Counted from the stretch's first letter, positions 18,862-29,300 are shown. The stretch is DNA of 35,889 nucleotides from Candidatus Methanomethylicia archaeon (GCA_038845975.1 JAWBQF010000029.1:1-35889); one strand, 5' to 3'. Numbers and translations are program-made. Notes: generated by a model not told the origin, from the letters alone.

Positions 18862-20163
18862 TTAAACCTTTATTTTCCTAAATACTTCTAAAACATTATC
18901 TCTTAGAATCATTCTTGCAATTTTCTTCGCTTCATTCTCGCTAATTCTTCCATCATCAATCTTACTTCTTAAAACCTTTGAAATATTTCTTCTTGCCATT
19001 ACTGCATGGCTGTAAGCTCCTTCAACAAACTTGTAGTCTCCACCAAATCCAAGTATCTTATTTGCTGGAACTAAATCTAGCCAATCGCTTAAAGCTTCTC
19101 TTGCAGTATGAGGGGAAACTATATGTAGCCAACACATATCTATATAGACGTTAGGAAAGTTTTTAGCAAGAGCTGCAGCCTCTCTTACATATGGATATGA
19201 GCCATGGAAAACATCAAATACAACATCGTAGTATTCCATAAATAGATTTGCAAGCAGTAGTGGATTTGAGTTACTAATCAAGTTAAGATTACCTTCCTGT
19301 AGCCCAGTATGGATTTGAACTGGTAGTGAATACTTGGCAGCAAGCTGGAGAATCTTATGAACCATGTAGTCCTGCAAATCTTTACCATCCTCCATTGAAA
19401 TCTGATCAGGTACAGTAACTCTAATACCGTCTGGTCTAGTGTATCTTATAAATGTATTTTTTAGAGACATTACCTTATTAAACACCTTTTCAGCATCATT
19501 AAACGTAACTCTCTCAAAAAATATACTTCTCCCATAGGCTAATGCAATCTTAAACCCTACAATTCTATCTAGTAGGTTTTTAACCTTTAACTCTATTGCT
19601 ACTTCAAGTTCTTTTAGGGAATGTATTGGCATATTTAGCATCCTACTTATTTTCTTAATATCCTCCCTGCTTCTAATCAATATAAAGTCTTCAAGCCTAA
19701 CTACCGGTGCAAAAAACTCCCTATCAACATCAACGTGATCAATTATTGAGTCATGAATTGCCAGCTCAATCTTTGCCTTATCTTTTAAAACCCACTTATA
19801 CAATCCCTTCCTATTTAAACTACGCATCTTATCTGTAAGATTTTGAATAGTATCCTCATTGATTTCATCAATACCGTAAAGATCCCTAACTGCAATCTTA
19901 ACAGATTCAAAATATGCTGTATTACAGACTTTACTCCAGTATGGCTCAACAATCTTCCACTTATCTAAAACTGCTACTCTTGGATCCATTAGCTTTACAT
20001 AGTCTTCAAAGCTTAAACCAGCCGAGATTAGATCTGATGAAAGATAATGAACTAGAAATACTTGGAATGGATCTACTTCTTGCTTTACTCTTTCATCTTC
20101 AGGTACAATATGTTCATGAGTATCCATTATTGAAATACTATTAATATATTCTTCTAATTTCAC
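18862..20163 (-). CDS. Amidohydrolase-superfamily protein (uronate isomerase-like)
   Basis: DTHEH, QIHTG, VFHGSYPY, NVYIDMCW and FGGD motifs; GTG start. Confidence 0.88.
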   Translation of the reverse strand: MKLEEYINSISIMDTHEHIVPEDERVKQEVDPFQVFLVHYLSSDLISAGLSFEDYVKLMDPRVAVLDKWKIVEPYWSKVCNTAYFESVKIAVRDLYGIDEINEDTIQNLTDKMRSLNRKGLYKWVLKDKAKIELAIHDSIIDHVDVDREFFAPVVRLEDFILIRSREDIKKISRMLNMPIHSLKELEVAIELKVKNLLDRIVGFKIALAYGRSIFFERVTFNDAEKVFNKVMSLKNTFIRYTRPDGIRVTVPDQISMEDGKDLQDYMVHKILQLAAKYSLPVQIHTGLQEGNLNLISNSNPLLLANLFMEYYDVVFDVFHGSYPYVREAAALAKNFPNVYIDMCWLHIVSPHTAREALSDWLDLVPANKILGFGGDYKFVEGAYSHAVMARRNISKVLRSKIDDGRISENEAKKIARMILRDNVLEVFRKIKV

Positions 20164-20321
20164 ATCGCAAACTATAGGCTTTTAAATAAAAATTTTACGG
20201 TGAACTAGTGACTATGCAAACTTGGGTTAGTGGTTTCTCCAGTTTGCTAGACTATAATATATTCAAGTTTAAAGAATATTTAATTGATAACTCTTAGTGT
20301 TAAGGTTTTCACTTTAACAGT

Positions 20322-20406
20322 GAACTTATCTGAAAACTCCTTAAATGTTGTTAAGACTTGATTAGGTTAATAAGTTAACTAAAATTATAGAGTTTTCAGA
20401 TAGACC
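20322..20406. mobile_element. ~85-bp MITE, IS5-like TIR family
   Basis: gaacttatctgaaaactcc...gagttttcagatagacc. Positions 20328-20405 are the exact reverse complement of 24099-24176. Confidence 0.92.
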
Positions 20407-20569
20407 AATATTAAACCTACAAAACTAAACATTACCAATATACAGTAGATTCCTAAAATCTGCATTTAAACAAAAATTCTTAGAGATTAGTAGTTGTATT
20501 AAGTTAAGATTTCTACATATTACTATGTTTAAGCTTAACCGTTCAGCAAGTATTGTAGTGTTAAATTGA

Positions 20570-21691
20570 TTAGATAACTTTAATCATTTTATACTCCCAG
20601 TAATCTACAGCTACCTTTATATATTTTCTCAGCATGTTATCAATTTCCTCATCACCAGTATCAACTCTTAAAAATTTTAAATTGGCTATTTTCGTTTTTG
20701 TAGATATGACTATTATGTTTTCAACTCCAACCCTCCTTATTACTTTAGGGCTTATTTGCTGGTTTCCTCTACCAAATATGAATCCTTGGTTTCCTATTGG
20801 AGTAACTATGATTTTGGCTTTAGGGAATCTATTAAGCTCATTAAGGATTCTATTTTCATCAACATCTAAAGCTAGGATTCTTTTATTATGTAGTAAATCT
20901 ACTCCTAGTAGTGTTTTAGGTAGATTTAAAATGTCAGTAATAGCTTTTACGGTTGATCCTGGTCCTAGAATGTATAAGGAATCATCCATTTCCTCAACAA
21001 TAAATCTTGCTATAGCCTTCTGGTTTTCAATTTCACTATCGGTTAGTACTGTAAATGTTTTTAGTCCTTGAATTAGTATAGGCTCATATGGGCTTAAAGC
21101 ATAGCCGTAAAGCTTAGCTGAAAGTATTCCTTTACGGAAGAGTTCCTCGTCAATATCTATAACTTCACATTCCCTTAGAGAAATCTCCCCCTGGAGGAAT
21201 TTCATAGTGATTGCGCCAGCAGCTTGAGGATTTGAAGCAAATACTGAACTATACATTTTAACACCTGAAGGAACGCCTAGAATTGGTACATGCATATTAA
21301 TAGATTCAACTATATCCCTAGCAGTTCCATCCCCTCCAACAAAGAGAATTAAGTTAACTCCACGTTTAGCCATTTCCTTAGCGCACTTCTTAGTATCTTC
21401 AGCTGTAGTTTCCAATTTATTTACTTCTAAAACCTCAACATATGGGAAACTAAACTCCTTAACGTAGTATTCACCCATTTCGCCTGAGCAAGTAATAATT
21501 TTAATGGAGTCCTTAATCAACATTAAAGTAGATAATACCTTTCTAGCTTTTAAGGGTGAAATCTTGACAGCCCCTCTTCTTAAAGCCTCCCTATAAATCT
21601 CAACTGTATCGGTACCTTTTAAGCCTACACTTCCACCCATACCAGCAATAGGATTAACTAGAAAACCCAGCAATTTACTATCCATACACAT
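20570..21691 (-). CDS. ATP-NAD kinase family protein
   Basis: VNPIAGMGG, GGDGTARD, GVKMYSSVF and GRGNQQ motifs. Confidence 0.9.
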   Translation of the reverse strand: MCMDSKLLGFLVNPIAGMGGSVGLKGTDTVEIYREALRRGAVKISPLKARKVLSTLMLIKDSIKIITCSGEMGEYYVKEFSFPYVEVLEVNKLETTAEDTKKCAKEMAKRGVNLILFVGGDGTARDIVESINMHVPILGVPSGVKMYSSVFASNPQAAGAITMKFLQGEISLRECEVIDIDEELFRKGILSAKLYGYALSPYEPILIQGLKTFTVLTDSEIENQKAIARFIVEEMDDSLYILGPGSTVKAITDILNLPKTLLGVDLLHNKRILALDVDENRILNELNRFPKAKIIVTPIGNQGFIFGRGNQQISPKVIRRVGVENIIVISTKTKIANLKFLRVDTGDEEIDNMLRKYIKVAVDYWEYKMIKVI

Positions 21692-21848
21692 ACTTAAAAC
21701 CCATAATAAATAAATCTTACCAAGCAGCTAACTTATCATTATCCAAGTCTAAAACAGCATCTATAAGACGTTTATTTAATGCTTACTTCATTATTCATAC
21801 TCCTTCTCTTAATTCCAGCTAAAATACAATAGTTGTTGAATAAGTTAT

Positions 21849-22143
21849 TTATAAAGTATTTAGGATTGACTGTAGCCATTGCTTTATTGATTTGCTCTCT
21901 TGACTGTTTCTGATATATCTTCTTATAGTTCCAGCTAATAAATTTATTCTTAGAACTCTTTGCATATAGTTTTTATATACATGACCAAACTTTTCTATAT
22001 TTCTTTCCTCCTCTTCCACCATTGCAAGATATAGCAATATCTTTAAGCCAGGCTCAATTATAAAAAAATGCAATTAATAATCCAAATAGTAAAATATGTA
22101 CGATATGGCTAACCGTGTAAATCATGTCTTTTCCATGCAGCAT
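21849..22143 (-). pseudogene. Internally deleted isoprenylcysteine carboxylmethyltransferase (ICMT/PEMT)-family remnant
   Basis: C-terminal motif EEEERNIEKFGHVYKNYMQRV is fused directly to a hydrophobic N-terminal piece (MLHGKDMIYTVSHIVHILLFGLLIAFFYN*, frameshifted). The central catalytic part is absent. Confidence 0.65.
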
Positions 22144-22707
22144 ACGTCTTTCCTCTAATATTTATTTTAATTACTTTAATAAACTTATGGGAAATAAAGT
22201 TTAAGCCTTCTGAGTTTTATGGAATTTGATTAGGAATCTAGCTGATTGGTTACATTACTATATTTAGTTGTATCTACTATCTATAGTATGTTTTGATTGG
22301 TAGCTTAATATTTTATGTATGTGAGGTATAGAGTCTTCCCGTTACTCTCTAGATAAATAGAGGACTCTATATTATGCCCATTAAGCAGAAAACCTAACAT
22401 AAACCTACGGGAACCTCATACTAGACTTAATGAAACTCTAAACCAAGGGAGATGCTGATCTACAAAGCATCTCAACTATAAGCCAGTATAGCCACATATA
22501 ACATTGGATTAATGTAGAAAGTTAGTTAAGTCTTAGATTTTTAACTTAAATATTCATATAGTAAAGAATATTTTTAATACGTTTATTTGATATTAAAATT
22601 CGAATAGACTTTGAGCTTAGTTCCTTATTGGATTTTTAGCCTAGTGTATTGTGTAGTAAATCTAACTGTTTTAAACTGTGGAATAGGATGTTATACATAA
22701 GTTAGCA

Positions 22708-23715
22708 TTACAGGTCATAAACTAGTCCAGGTATTCTTGGGAATGGTTGTGTTTCCCCTACATGTTTAGCTCCTACTATCCATGCTGTAAGTCTTTCTAT
22801 ACCTATTCCTGCACCAGCTGATGGTTTTAATCTACCGTTTTTTGCTAACTGTAATAGGATCTTATAGTTCTCCTTTCTAACACCGTCTCTCTCCATCTTT
22901 TTAACTATTTTATCGTACTCCCATTCTCTCCGCGAGCCTGATAATACTTCACCATATTTTGGTAGTAGCAAGTCATAGTTATCCCATGAGCCTCTTTCAA
23001 AATCTTCAAAATCGTAGAACTCTCTAGGAATGTTTACTATCCATATAGGATTGTCATTTTCACTTAGCAGCTTCTTCTCCCACATCACTCCATACTTGTT
23101 TTCAACTTTCTCCCTATCATATATTTTAAAGGGCTTTTCAGGTACCTTTAAGCTATCATATCTTCCAAGTTCTACTAATTCCTCACACATATGTCTTCTT
23201 AAGCTTTGTATTAATCCGACAAGTATGTTTTCAACAAGACTTCTAACATCTTCAGATGTAGCGTTTCTAATTTCAAAGTCAAGCTGTGTAAACTCATATA
23301 CATGTAATCCACTTCTTGCTCTTTCTCTACGTTCAATCCTCACGTTTGGAGATAGTGTGAATAGTTTTGGGTAGAGTAGGGAGCAGGCAACCATTTTATG
23401 AACTATCATACTCAATGTTGCTCTAACAGGTCTTCCATAAATCTCCACTTCAATACGTTTCTCAATGGAAGCTCCTGGATCAGGCCATAGTGGATCAGTT
23501 GATGTGGAGAATATTACAGGTAGAAGCCACTCGAAACCATTACGTACAAATTCCTCAGTAAGATACTTTAAAGTATACGTCATTACCCTACCAATATAAA
23601 ACTTCCTTTTAATCTCATCCTCAGACAATTGCTCTAACGACTTTGGCAAATCAGCAAATTCACTAACAATAGCTAAGCTTTCTCTAACGGTTTCCTCTTT
23701 CTCTTCCATAAACAT
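22708..23715 (-). CDS. asnA: Archaeal asparagine synthetase A (AsnRS catalytic-core paralogue)
   Basis: STDPLWPD, SMIVHK, SPNVRIE, H.YEFTQLDFE, EVLSG.RE and SAGAGIGIERL, with no anticodon-binding domain. The start may be ATG 23709. Confidence 0.93.
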   Translation of the reverse strand: MFMEEKEETVRESLAIVSEFADLPKSLEQLSEDEIKRKFYIGRVMTYTLKYLTEEFVRNGFEWLLPVIFSTSTDPLWPDPGASIEKRIEVEIYGRPVRATLSMIVHKMVACSLLYPKLFTLSPNVRIERRERARSGLHVYEFTQLDFEIRNATSEDVRSLVENILVGLIQSLRRHMCEELVELGRYDSLKVPEKPFKIYDREKVENKYGVMWEKKLLSENDNPIWIVNIPREFYDFEDFERGSWDNYDLLLPKYGEVLSGSRREWEYDKIVKKMERDGVRKENYKILLQLAKNGRLKPSAGAGIGIERLTAWIVGAKHVGETQPFPRIPGLVYDL

Positions 23716-23773
23716 ACCTCATAACCACATTTATGATGTTCAGAATAACTACTAATTTATAAATTTTTTACAA

Positions 23774-23790
23774 AAAATATTGAATATTTT
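23774..23790. promoter_or_regulatory. 17-bp palindrome just upstream of the asnA TATA box
   Basis: AAAATATTGAATATTTT, with a related site aaaatattcaata at 23856-23868. Confidence 0.45.
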
Positions 23791-24096
23791 CCAGGAAATT
23801 AAAGTTTATACATGGATAAATGTAATAACTACATCATATAGCCAAAAAATAATGAAAAATATTCAATAACCATCTACAACGATATCAAATTTCCTACTCT
23901 AAGCTTCACAACTTACTTTTAACCTATTAATCTTCATTTCAAATTTCAACTAGCTCCTAAAGATTATGGCTTAAAACATTTACAATTTCATTCTTTACTT
24001 ATTCTACACATAATCGTTTTAATAGATACTTGGAGAAATAGCTTATTAAGCCCCATAATTAATTTCAAAACAAAACCTATATAAACACTAGTTATT

Positions 24097-24182
24097 GAGT
24101 CTATCTGAAAACTCTATAATTTTAGTTAACTTATTAACCTAATCAAGTCTTAACAACATTTAAGGAGTTTTCAGATGAATTC
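24097..24182. mobile_element. 86-bp MITE, IS5-like TIR family, inverted relative to the 20322 copy
   Basis: att|gagtctatctgaaaactc...gagttttcagatgaattc|att, with a possible 3-bp ATT duplication. Confidence 0.92.
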
Positions 24183-24606
24183 ATTGTAGACTTCATGTTC
24201 ATTTTCATATAGGCGTTGATGAAGTAGTAATGAAAATATGGGAACATTATTAATTTAGTTGAAATAATTTAGGAATTCTATATATGCGGTAAGCGTTTAG
24301 CAACTGAAAATTATTAGAGGAGTGATGAAGACTCTGTTTTCATAGTGAGTATTTGAGTTTATAGAGCTTATTTAGAATTGTGAAGGTAGAGTTAAAGGAG
24401 TGGATATGTTCTTGAATAGAATTATGAATGATGTTAGGCTACATTAGTTTAATGTCTTTCTAATAGTAACTAGATGAAACCTATTTAGGAATGTTTCTTA
24501 ACTAGTTTTAATATTTCATCTACATCTATGTTTTAGATTCTTCTTAAGCTTCCAATACTTGGTATTATCAGTATTCTTTTCTATGGGTTTTATAATGGTA
24601 GTCGAT

Positions 24607-27579
24607 TTATTTAGATTTCTCTATACCTATTTTTACCCTTTTATCTTCAATATCCCACTCCATAGTGTACATTTCCTCTATAATATTGGTTATGATTGTT
24701 TTTGCTCTTACTTCACTTTTAATGTAGTTTTCAAATAGCTTTAAGGCTTCTTTAACTTCAATATCTACTGTATCTATAGCTACATTTATTTGTTCATCAA
24801 CGTTTAGATTCATCTTATTCCTCATAACCTGTATTCTCCTAATAAGTTCACGTGCTAGTGATTCATAGTAGAGTTCTCTACTTAATGTTTTGTTAAGGCT
24901 AATTATACACCAGTCAATAGCTATAGTTTCAAAATCTGGAGTTAAGCATACTTCAGGAGTTTCAGAAGTGATTTCAACATGTTTTATGTTTCCTATAAAT
25001 TCGATAAGTTGCTTGGCTTCTTTAAGCCTATTAGCTATGTCATGATCTTTAACTATTATATATGCTTTACTGAGAGGCCAACGTAGCTTTACACCTATTT
25101 TATTTCTAATACTGCTTATCTCAGATGATATTTCGAAAAGTTTATTAAATGTATCCTCCAGTTTAGGGTTTATGTATTTCTCCTCGATTTTAGGCCATAA
25201 TGATAGATGTACGCTTAAAGATTCGTTTGGCTCATATTTTTTAATAAATGCTTGATATAGGTATTCAGCTATATGCGGTATGAAGGGGGATAAAGCTATT
25301 AAAACCCCCTTTAACACATGATATAGTACTGCATATGCAGCATATCTATCCTCCTCTTCTTCACGCCAGACTCTTCGTCTAATTAGCCTAATATATCTAT
25401 GGCTTAAATACTCAACAGTAAAGTCTAATAGATTTCTTACAGCTACGTGAAGTTCAAATCTACTCATAGCTTCCTCAATAGTTTTTATTCTACTATAGAA
25501 GGATGAAAGTATCCATAAATCTTCAAGTAATGCTTTATTAATAAGCTTATCAAGGCTATGCTGTGTAGGGTTGAATCTATCAAGCTCCATGTATGTATCT
25601 GCAAACTTTAATATGTTTAGTAGAATTGTAAGATATGTTTTAACGTTGTTTACTTCATCTGGATTGAATGCTATATCATCCCATGGAGCTGTTTTAGTAA
25701 GTATGTAGAGCCTAATAGGGTCTACACCATACCTATTAAATAGGTCTTCAGCCCATAAAACATTACCTTTAGACTTAGACATTTTCTGCCCATATTTATC
25801 TAGAACTAAACCTTGAATCAATACGTTTTTGTAAGGTGCTTTGTTAATCCATAGAATTGATGATGCAAGTAGACTGTAAAACCATCCTCTCGTTTGATCT
25901 ATAGCTTCAGTTACAAAGTCGAATGGAAATATTTTACTCCAAAGCTCCTTATTTCTTAATCCATCAACACCAGCTATCCATGAAACACCACTATCAAGCC
26001 ATACATCTACAACGTATGGTTCTCTAACCCATTCATTTGATTTGAATATTTTAATTTCATCAATCCATGGTCTATGTACAAGCTTACCATTAGGTATTGA
26101 AATACCGTTAGATAGAGATTTCAATTCATCTATTGAACCTATAGCTATTATTTTACCATTCTTAATATTCCTCCATAACGGTAGTGGAGTACCCCAAATC
26201 CTACTTCTAGATAGACACCAATCCCTACTACCAGCAACCCAGTTATCAAAACGATCTCTAAGCTTTTCAGGATATACATTAACACGCTTTAACTCCTCAA
26301 TCATTCTATCTCTAACAGCAGTTATACGTAGAAAGTATTGCTTATCAGCCCTATATATTAATGGTGTACCGCAACGCCAGCAGTGTGGATAACTATGAAT
26401 TAATGTTTCAGCATGGAGGAGGAGGTTCTTATTCTTTAAAACCTCTAAAACCTTTCTATTAGCATCCTCAATATATAACCCCTTAAAAACTCCACCAAGA
26501 TCATTGAATACGCCGTTAACTTCAACACTATTTATAAACTCTATTCCTTTAGATTTTGAGAGTTCATAGTCTTCTGGACCGTGAGCAGGAGCTATATGAA
26601 CTAAACCTGAACCCTCAGAAACAGTTACAAAATCTGCTGTTACAATACGGTGAATATGCTTTCTATGGGCTTCAACTTCGTCTATGAGGGGGTGAATATA
26701 TTTTAATCCTTCAAGACTGGAACCCTTAAACCTTTCAATAACATTAAAACTCTTAATATTCGCTTTGGAAATAACCATTGGAAGTAAAGCTTCAGCAATA
26801 ATCCAATACTCTGCATGACCATTAAAGCTAACCTTAATCTTAACATAGTCGTAAAATGGATGAACAGCTACAGCTTCATCATCTATCAATGTCCAAGGTG
26901 TTGTAGTCCATATTACTATGTAAGTATCATCATTATCCTCAACCTTAAACTTAACATATACTGATGGACTTGTCTTCTCCTCATATCCTAAATCAACTTC
27001 AGCATCGCTTAAAGCGGTTTCACATCTTGGACAGAAAGCTAAAACTCTATAATCCTCGAAAAGTAGTCCCCTCTCCCATGCATACTTTATAAATGTCCAT
27101 GTATGCTCAATATATTTAGGATTTCTTGTTTCATAGGCGTTTTCAAGATCAAGCCATAATCCAAGCCGTTCAGTTCCAATATCCCTCCAATACTTTAAAT
27201 AGTAGTCAACAAGATTACTACATTCCTCAGAAAACCTTTCAAAACCTATAGATTCAATATCTCTTTTAGTTTTAAGCTTAAGCTTCTTCTCAACTTCAAG
27301 CTCAACTGGAAGACCCTGCTCATCCCATCCACCCTGAGCCCATAAAGTATATCCCTTAAGCCTATAATATCTTAGAACAACATCCTTATACGTTCTACCA
27401 CGAATATGGCCTACATGGGGAAAACCGTTAACAGTAGGCGGCCCCTCAAGAAATGAATATATAGGCTTATCCTCCTCAAATTTCCGCCAAAGCCTTGGAA
27501 TATCATGTAGCCTCCAAAACTCTCTTGAAGTATCCTCAATCTCCTTAATGTTTAGGCCAGTAAGCTTAAATCTTTGCAA
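24607..27579 (-). CDS. ileS: Isoleucine--tRNA ligase (archaeal/eukaryote type)
   Basis: EGPP, HVGH, GWDEQGLP, WTTTPWTL, GSGLVHIAPAHG, DQTRGWF and KMSKS motifs; TTG start. Confidence 0.97.
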   Translation of the reverse strand: MQRFKLTGLNIKEIEDTSREFWRLHDIPRLWRKFEEDKPIYSFLEGPPTVNGFPHVGHIRGRTYKDVVLRYYRLKGYTLWAQGGWDEQGLPVELEVEKKLKLKTKRDIESIGFERFSEECSNLVDYYLKYWRDIGTERLGLWLDLENAYETRNPKYIEHTWTFIKYAWERGLLFEDYRVLAFCPRCETALSDAEVDLGYEEKTSPSVYVKFKVEDNDDTYIVIWTTTPWTLIDDEAVAVHPFYDYVKIKVSFNGHAEYWIIAEALLPMVISKANIKSFNVIERFKGSSLEGLKYIHPLIDEVEAHRKHIHRIVTADFVTVSEGSGLVHIAPAHGPEDYELSKSKGIEFINSVEVNGVFNDLGGVFKGLYIEDANRKVLEVLKNKNLLLHAETLIHSYPHCWRCGTPLIYRADKQYFLRITAVRDRMIEELKRVNVYPEKLRDRFDNWVAGSRDWCLSRSRIWGTPLPLWRNIKNGKIIAIGSIDELKSLSNGISIPNGKLVHRPWIDEIKIFKSNEWVREPYVVDVWLDSGVSWIAGVDGLRNKELWSKIFPFDFVTEAIDQTRGWFYSLLASSILWINKAPYKNVLIQGLVLDKYGQKMSKSKGNVLWAEDLFNRYGVDPIRLYILTKTAPWDDIAFNPDEVNNVKTYLTILLNILKFADTYMELDRFNPTQHSLDKLINKALLEDLWILSSFYSRIKTIEEAMSRFELHVAVRNLLDFTVEYLSHRYIRLIRRRVWREEEEDRYAAYAVLYHVLKGVLIALSPFIPHIAEYLYQAFIKKYEPNESLSVHLSLWPKIEEKYINPKLEDTFNKLFEISSEISSIRNKIGVKLRWPLSKAYIIVKDHDIANRLKEAKQLIEFIGNIKHVEITSETPEVCLTPDFETIAIDWCIISLNKTLSRELYYESLARELIRRIQVMRNKMNLNVDEQINVAIDTVDIEVKEALKLFENYIKSEVRAKTIITNIIEEMYTMEWDIEDKRVKIGIEKSK

Positions 27580-27624
27580 ATCAATAATTAACCACCTTTA
27601 ATAGCGCATATACAGTTAAATCTC

Positions 27625-28230
27625 TTATAAGTTTTTCGATAGATATTCATCAACAATCCTCTTAATTCCACTATGTACCTGATCAATGCTTTCCTCACCG
27701 TTTACTACATGTATATTCTTGAAGTCCTTTACTATAAGCTCAACATATACTTTCCTAACATTTTCAAGCCTACCTAAATCCTCAAACAATTCATATCCAA
27801 CTCTTGAGCTTCGAATCCTCATAATAGAGGTTTCAGGCTTTACATCAATGATTACCGTTAAGTCCGGTACTGGAAATTTAGAGTTTAACTGCTTAAGCCA
27901 TTCATATTCAAGCTCAAGAGAGCCGTAAGCAATAGTTGAAAACATGTATCGATCACAAATAACAATTCTACCACTATTTAAAGCTGGAATTATCTCATAA
28001 TCTAAATGATGAGCACGATCAGCTGTGAAGAGTAGTTGTAATACTCTATTAGAGGTACGCCATTCACCTCTTAAACAAGCCCTCACTAAACCGCCAATTA
28101 AGCCATTTGTAGGCTCCTTAGTTAAAAACGTATTATATCCCCTCAATTTAAGATATTGTTCAAGAAGATTAGCTTGAGTTGTAAGACCCGCTCCATCAAT
28201 ACCCTCAAGAGCAATAAATACTCCGCTCAC
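27625..28230 (-). CDS. tmk: Thymidylate kinase family protein
   Basis: FIALEGIDGAG(L)TTQ, TKEP, LLFTADR..H, CDRY..S..AYG and PDL motifs; GTG start. Confidence 0.9.
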   Translation of the reverse strand: MSGVFIALEGIDGAGLTTQANLLEQYLKLRGYNTFLTKEPTNGLIGGLVRACLRGEWRTSNRVLQLLFTADRAHHLDYEIIPALNSGRIVICDRYMFSTIAYGSLELEYEWLKQLNSKFPVPDLTVIIDVKPETSIMRIRSSRVGYELFEDLGRLENVRKVYVELIVKDFKNIHVVNGEESIDQVHSGIKRIVDEYLSKNL

Positions 28231-28456
28231 AATAAATCATTCAATATTAGCAATATATATTTTATGTTAGCTAGGGCCCTATCCACTTCTATTAAAGCGA
28301 AATCATGAATAATTGCTGTAGAGAAATTGCTTTGACTATTTAACATAATAATTTATTTACTCTTGCTATGGACCACGTTAATGTTTAGATTTCCTAATTG
28401 ATGAAAGCCATGCCTTACCATAGTCTGGTTTAAACCTTCCGTTTAGTAATAGCATC

Positions 28457-28660
28457 TTGTTAACTTAAGCATCTTTATTTTAGTATTGTGTTTATATGAA
28501 TTCTTTAGCTTTTACCTATTATCAATCCATGTTTCGCTTAACATGTATGCATGCTTACCATCAGGTTACTATTTATGCATAGCATATAGTTATTGAAGAA
28601 TCTAGCTCTATACTAACTGTATGATCCCTATCAAATTCCTAACTTCAAAATATATCATGT
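28457..28660 (+). repeat. Degenerate dispersed repeat, copy 3
   Basis: Colinear with rc of 4878-5121: exact ttgttaacttaagcat, then tatgaattctt(t)agctttta, aatccatgttt, atatagttat and taactgtat blocks. Confidence 0.8.
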
Positions 28661-29127
28661 TTAAATTCAAGTATTTTACATGTTTCTCCATAATGGTGTA
28701 TCATAACTTAATAAAATTATCTAGCTATGCATTGCCTTAATCTCTTAAGGAATAATAAGATGTAAAGCATTTACAACATCACAAATCCATACGTAGTAAT
28801 CTTCTTAATAATAGCTTAAAACAACATACGTAATCCCCCATCAAACTCAAACAGAAACTTAAAGACTAAATTATAATGTAGATGAGTAAACCTACAATAG
28901 TAATCTTAGAATGTCCGAAGCCATTCTAGATGAATGAAATATATAAACAACTAAAGTAAATAGAGTTATCTTATACAGACTTGATAACCTTAGCTATACT
29001 ATCACCACAAATAAGGAATAACTCAAAGTAAAGCTAAAGTTTACAAGGTGAGTAATAGAAGCATTAGTAGGAATGTTAAACTATATATTGGCACACTAGA
29101 TTTATATTTGTTACTATTACTATAACA

Positions 29128-29153
29128 TTTACACCCCTGAAATCGGGTGTAAA
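29128..29153. other. Perfect 9-bp inverted repeat with 8-nt spacer
   Basis: tttacaccc-ctgaaatc-gggtgtaaa. The repeat is certain; its function is unknown. Confidence 0.55.
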
Positions 29154-29300
29154 GAATAATATATACATGTCTCATTCTCATTATAATAATTCTGATATTT
29201 ACATATTCTTCAAAGTTTAAGGGATATAATGTCATCACTAACTAGTTAAATACTATATAGCTAAAACTGATTAGACATTACTAGATTAATATAATGTAAA

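Noticed and set aside
3831-20200. Recurring TTTACGG motif (3831, 4695, 11572, 18792, 20194), including an 18-mer shared by 4694 and 11571
   Set aside because: Two copies sit 31 nt before minus-strand starts and read as BRE-like CCGTAAA. The remaining enrichment is marginal.
20207-20255. Small inverted repeats (gcaaact...agtttgc here; taggaagtcttccta at 34846-34860; tgatgt...acatca after tctA)
   Set aside because: Short, single-copy and without supporting context.
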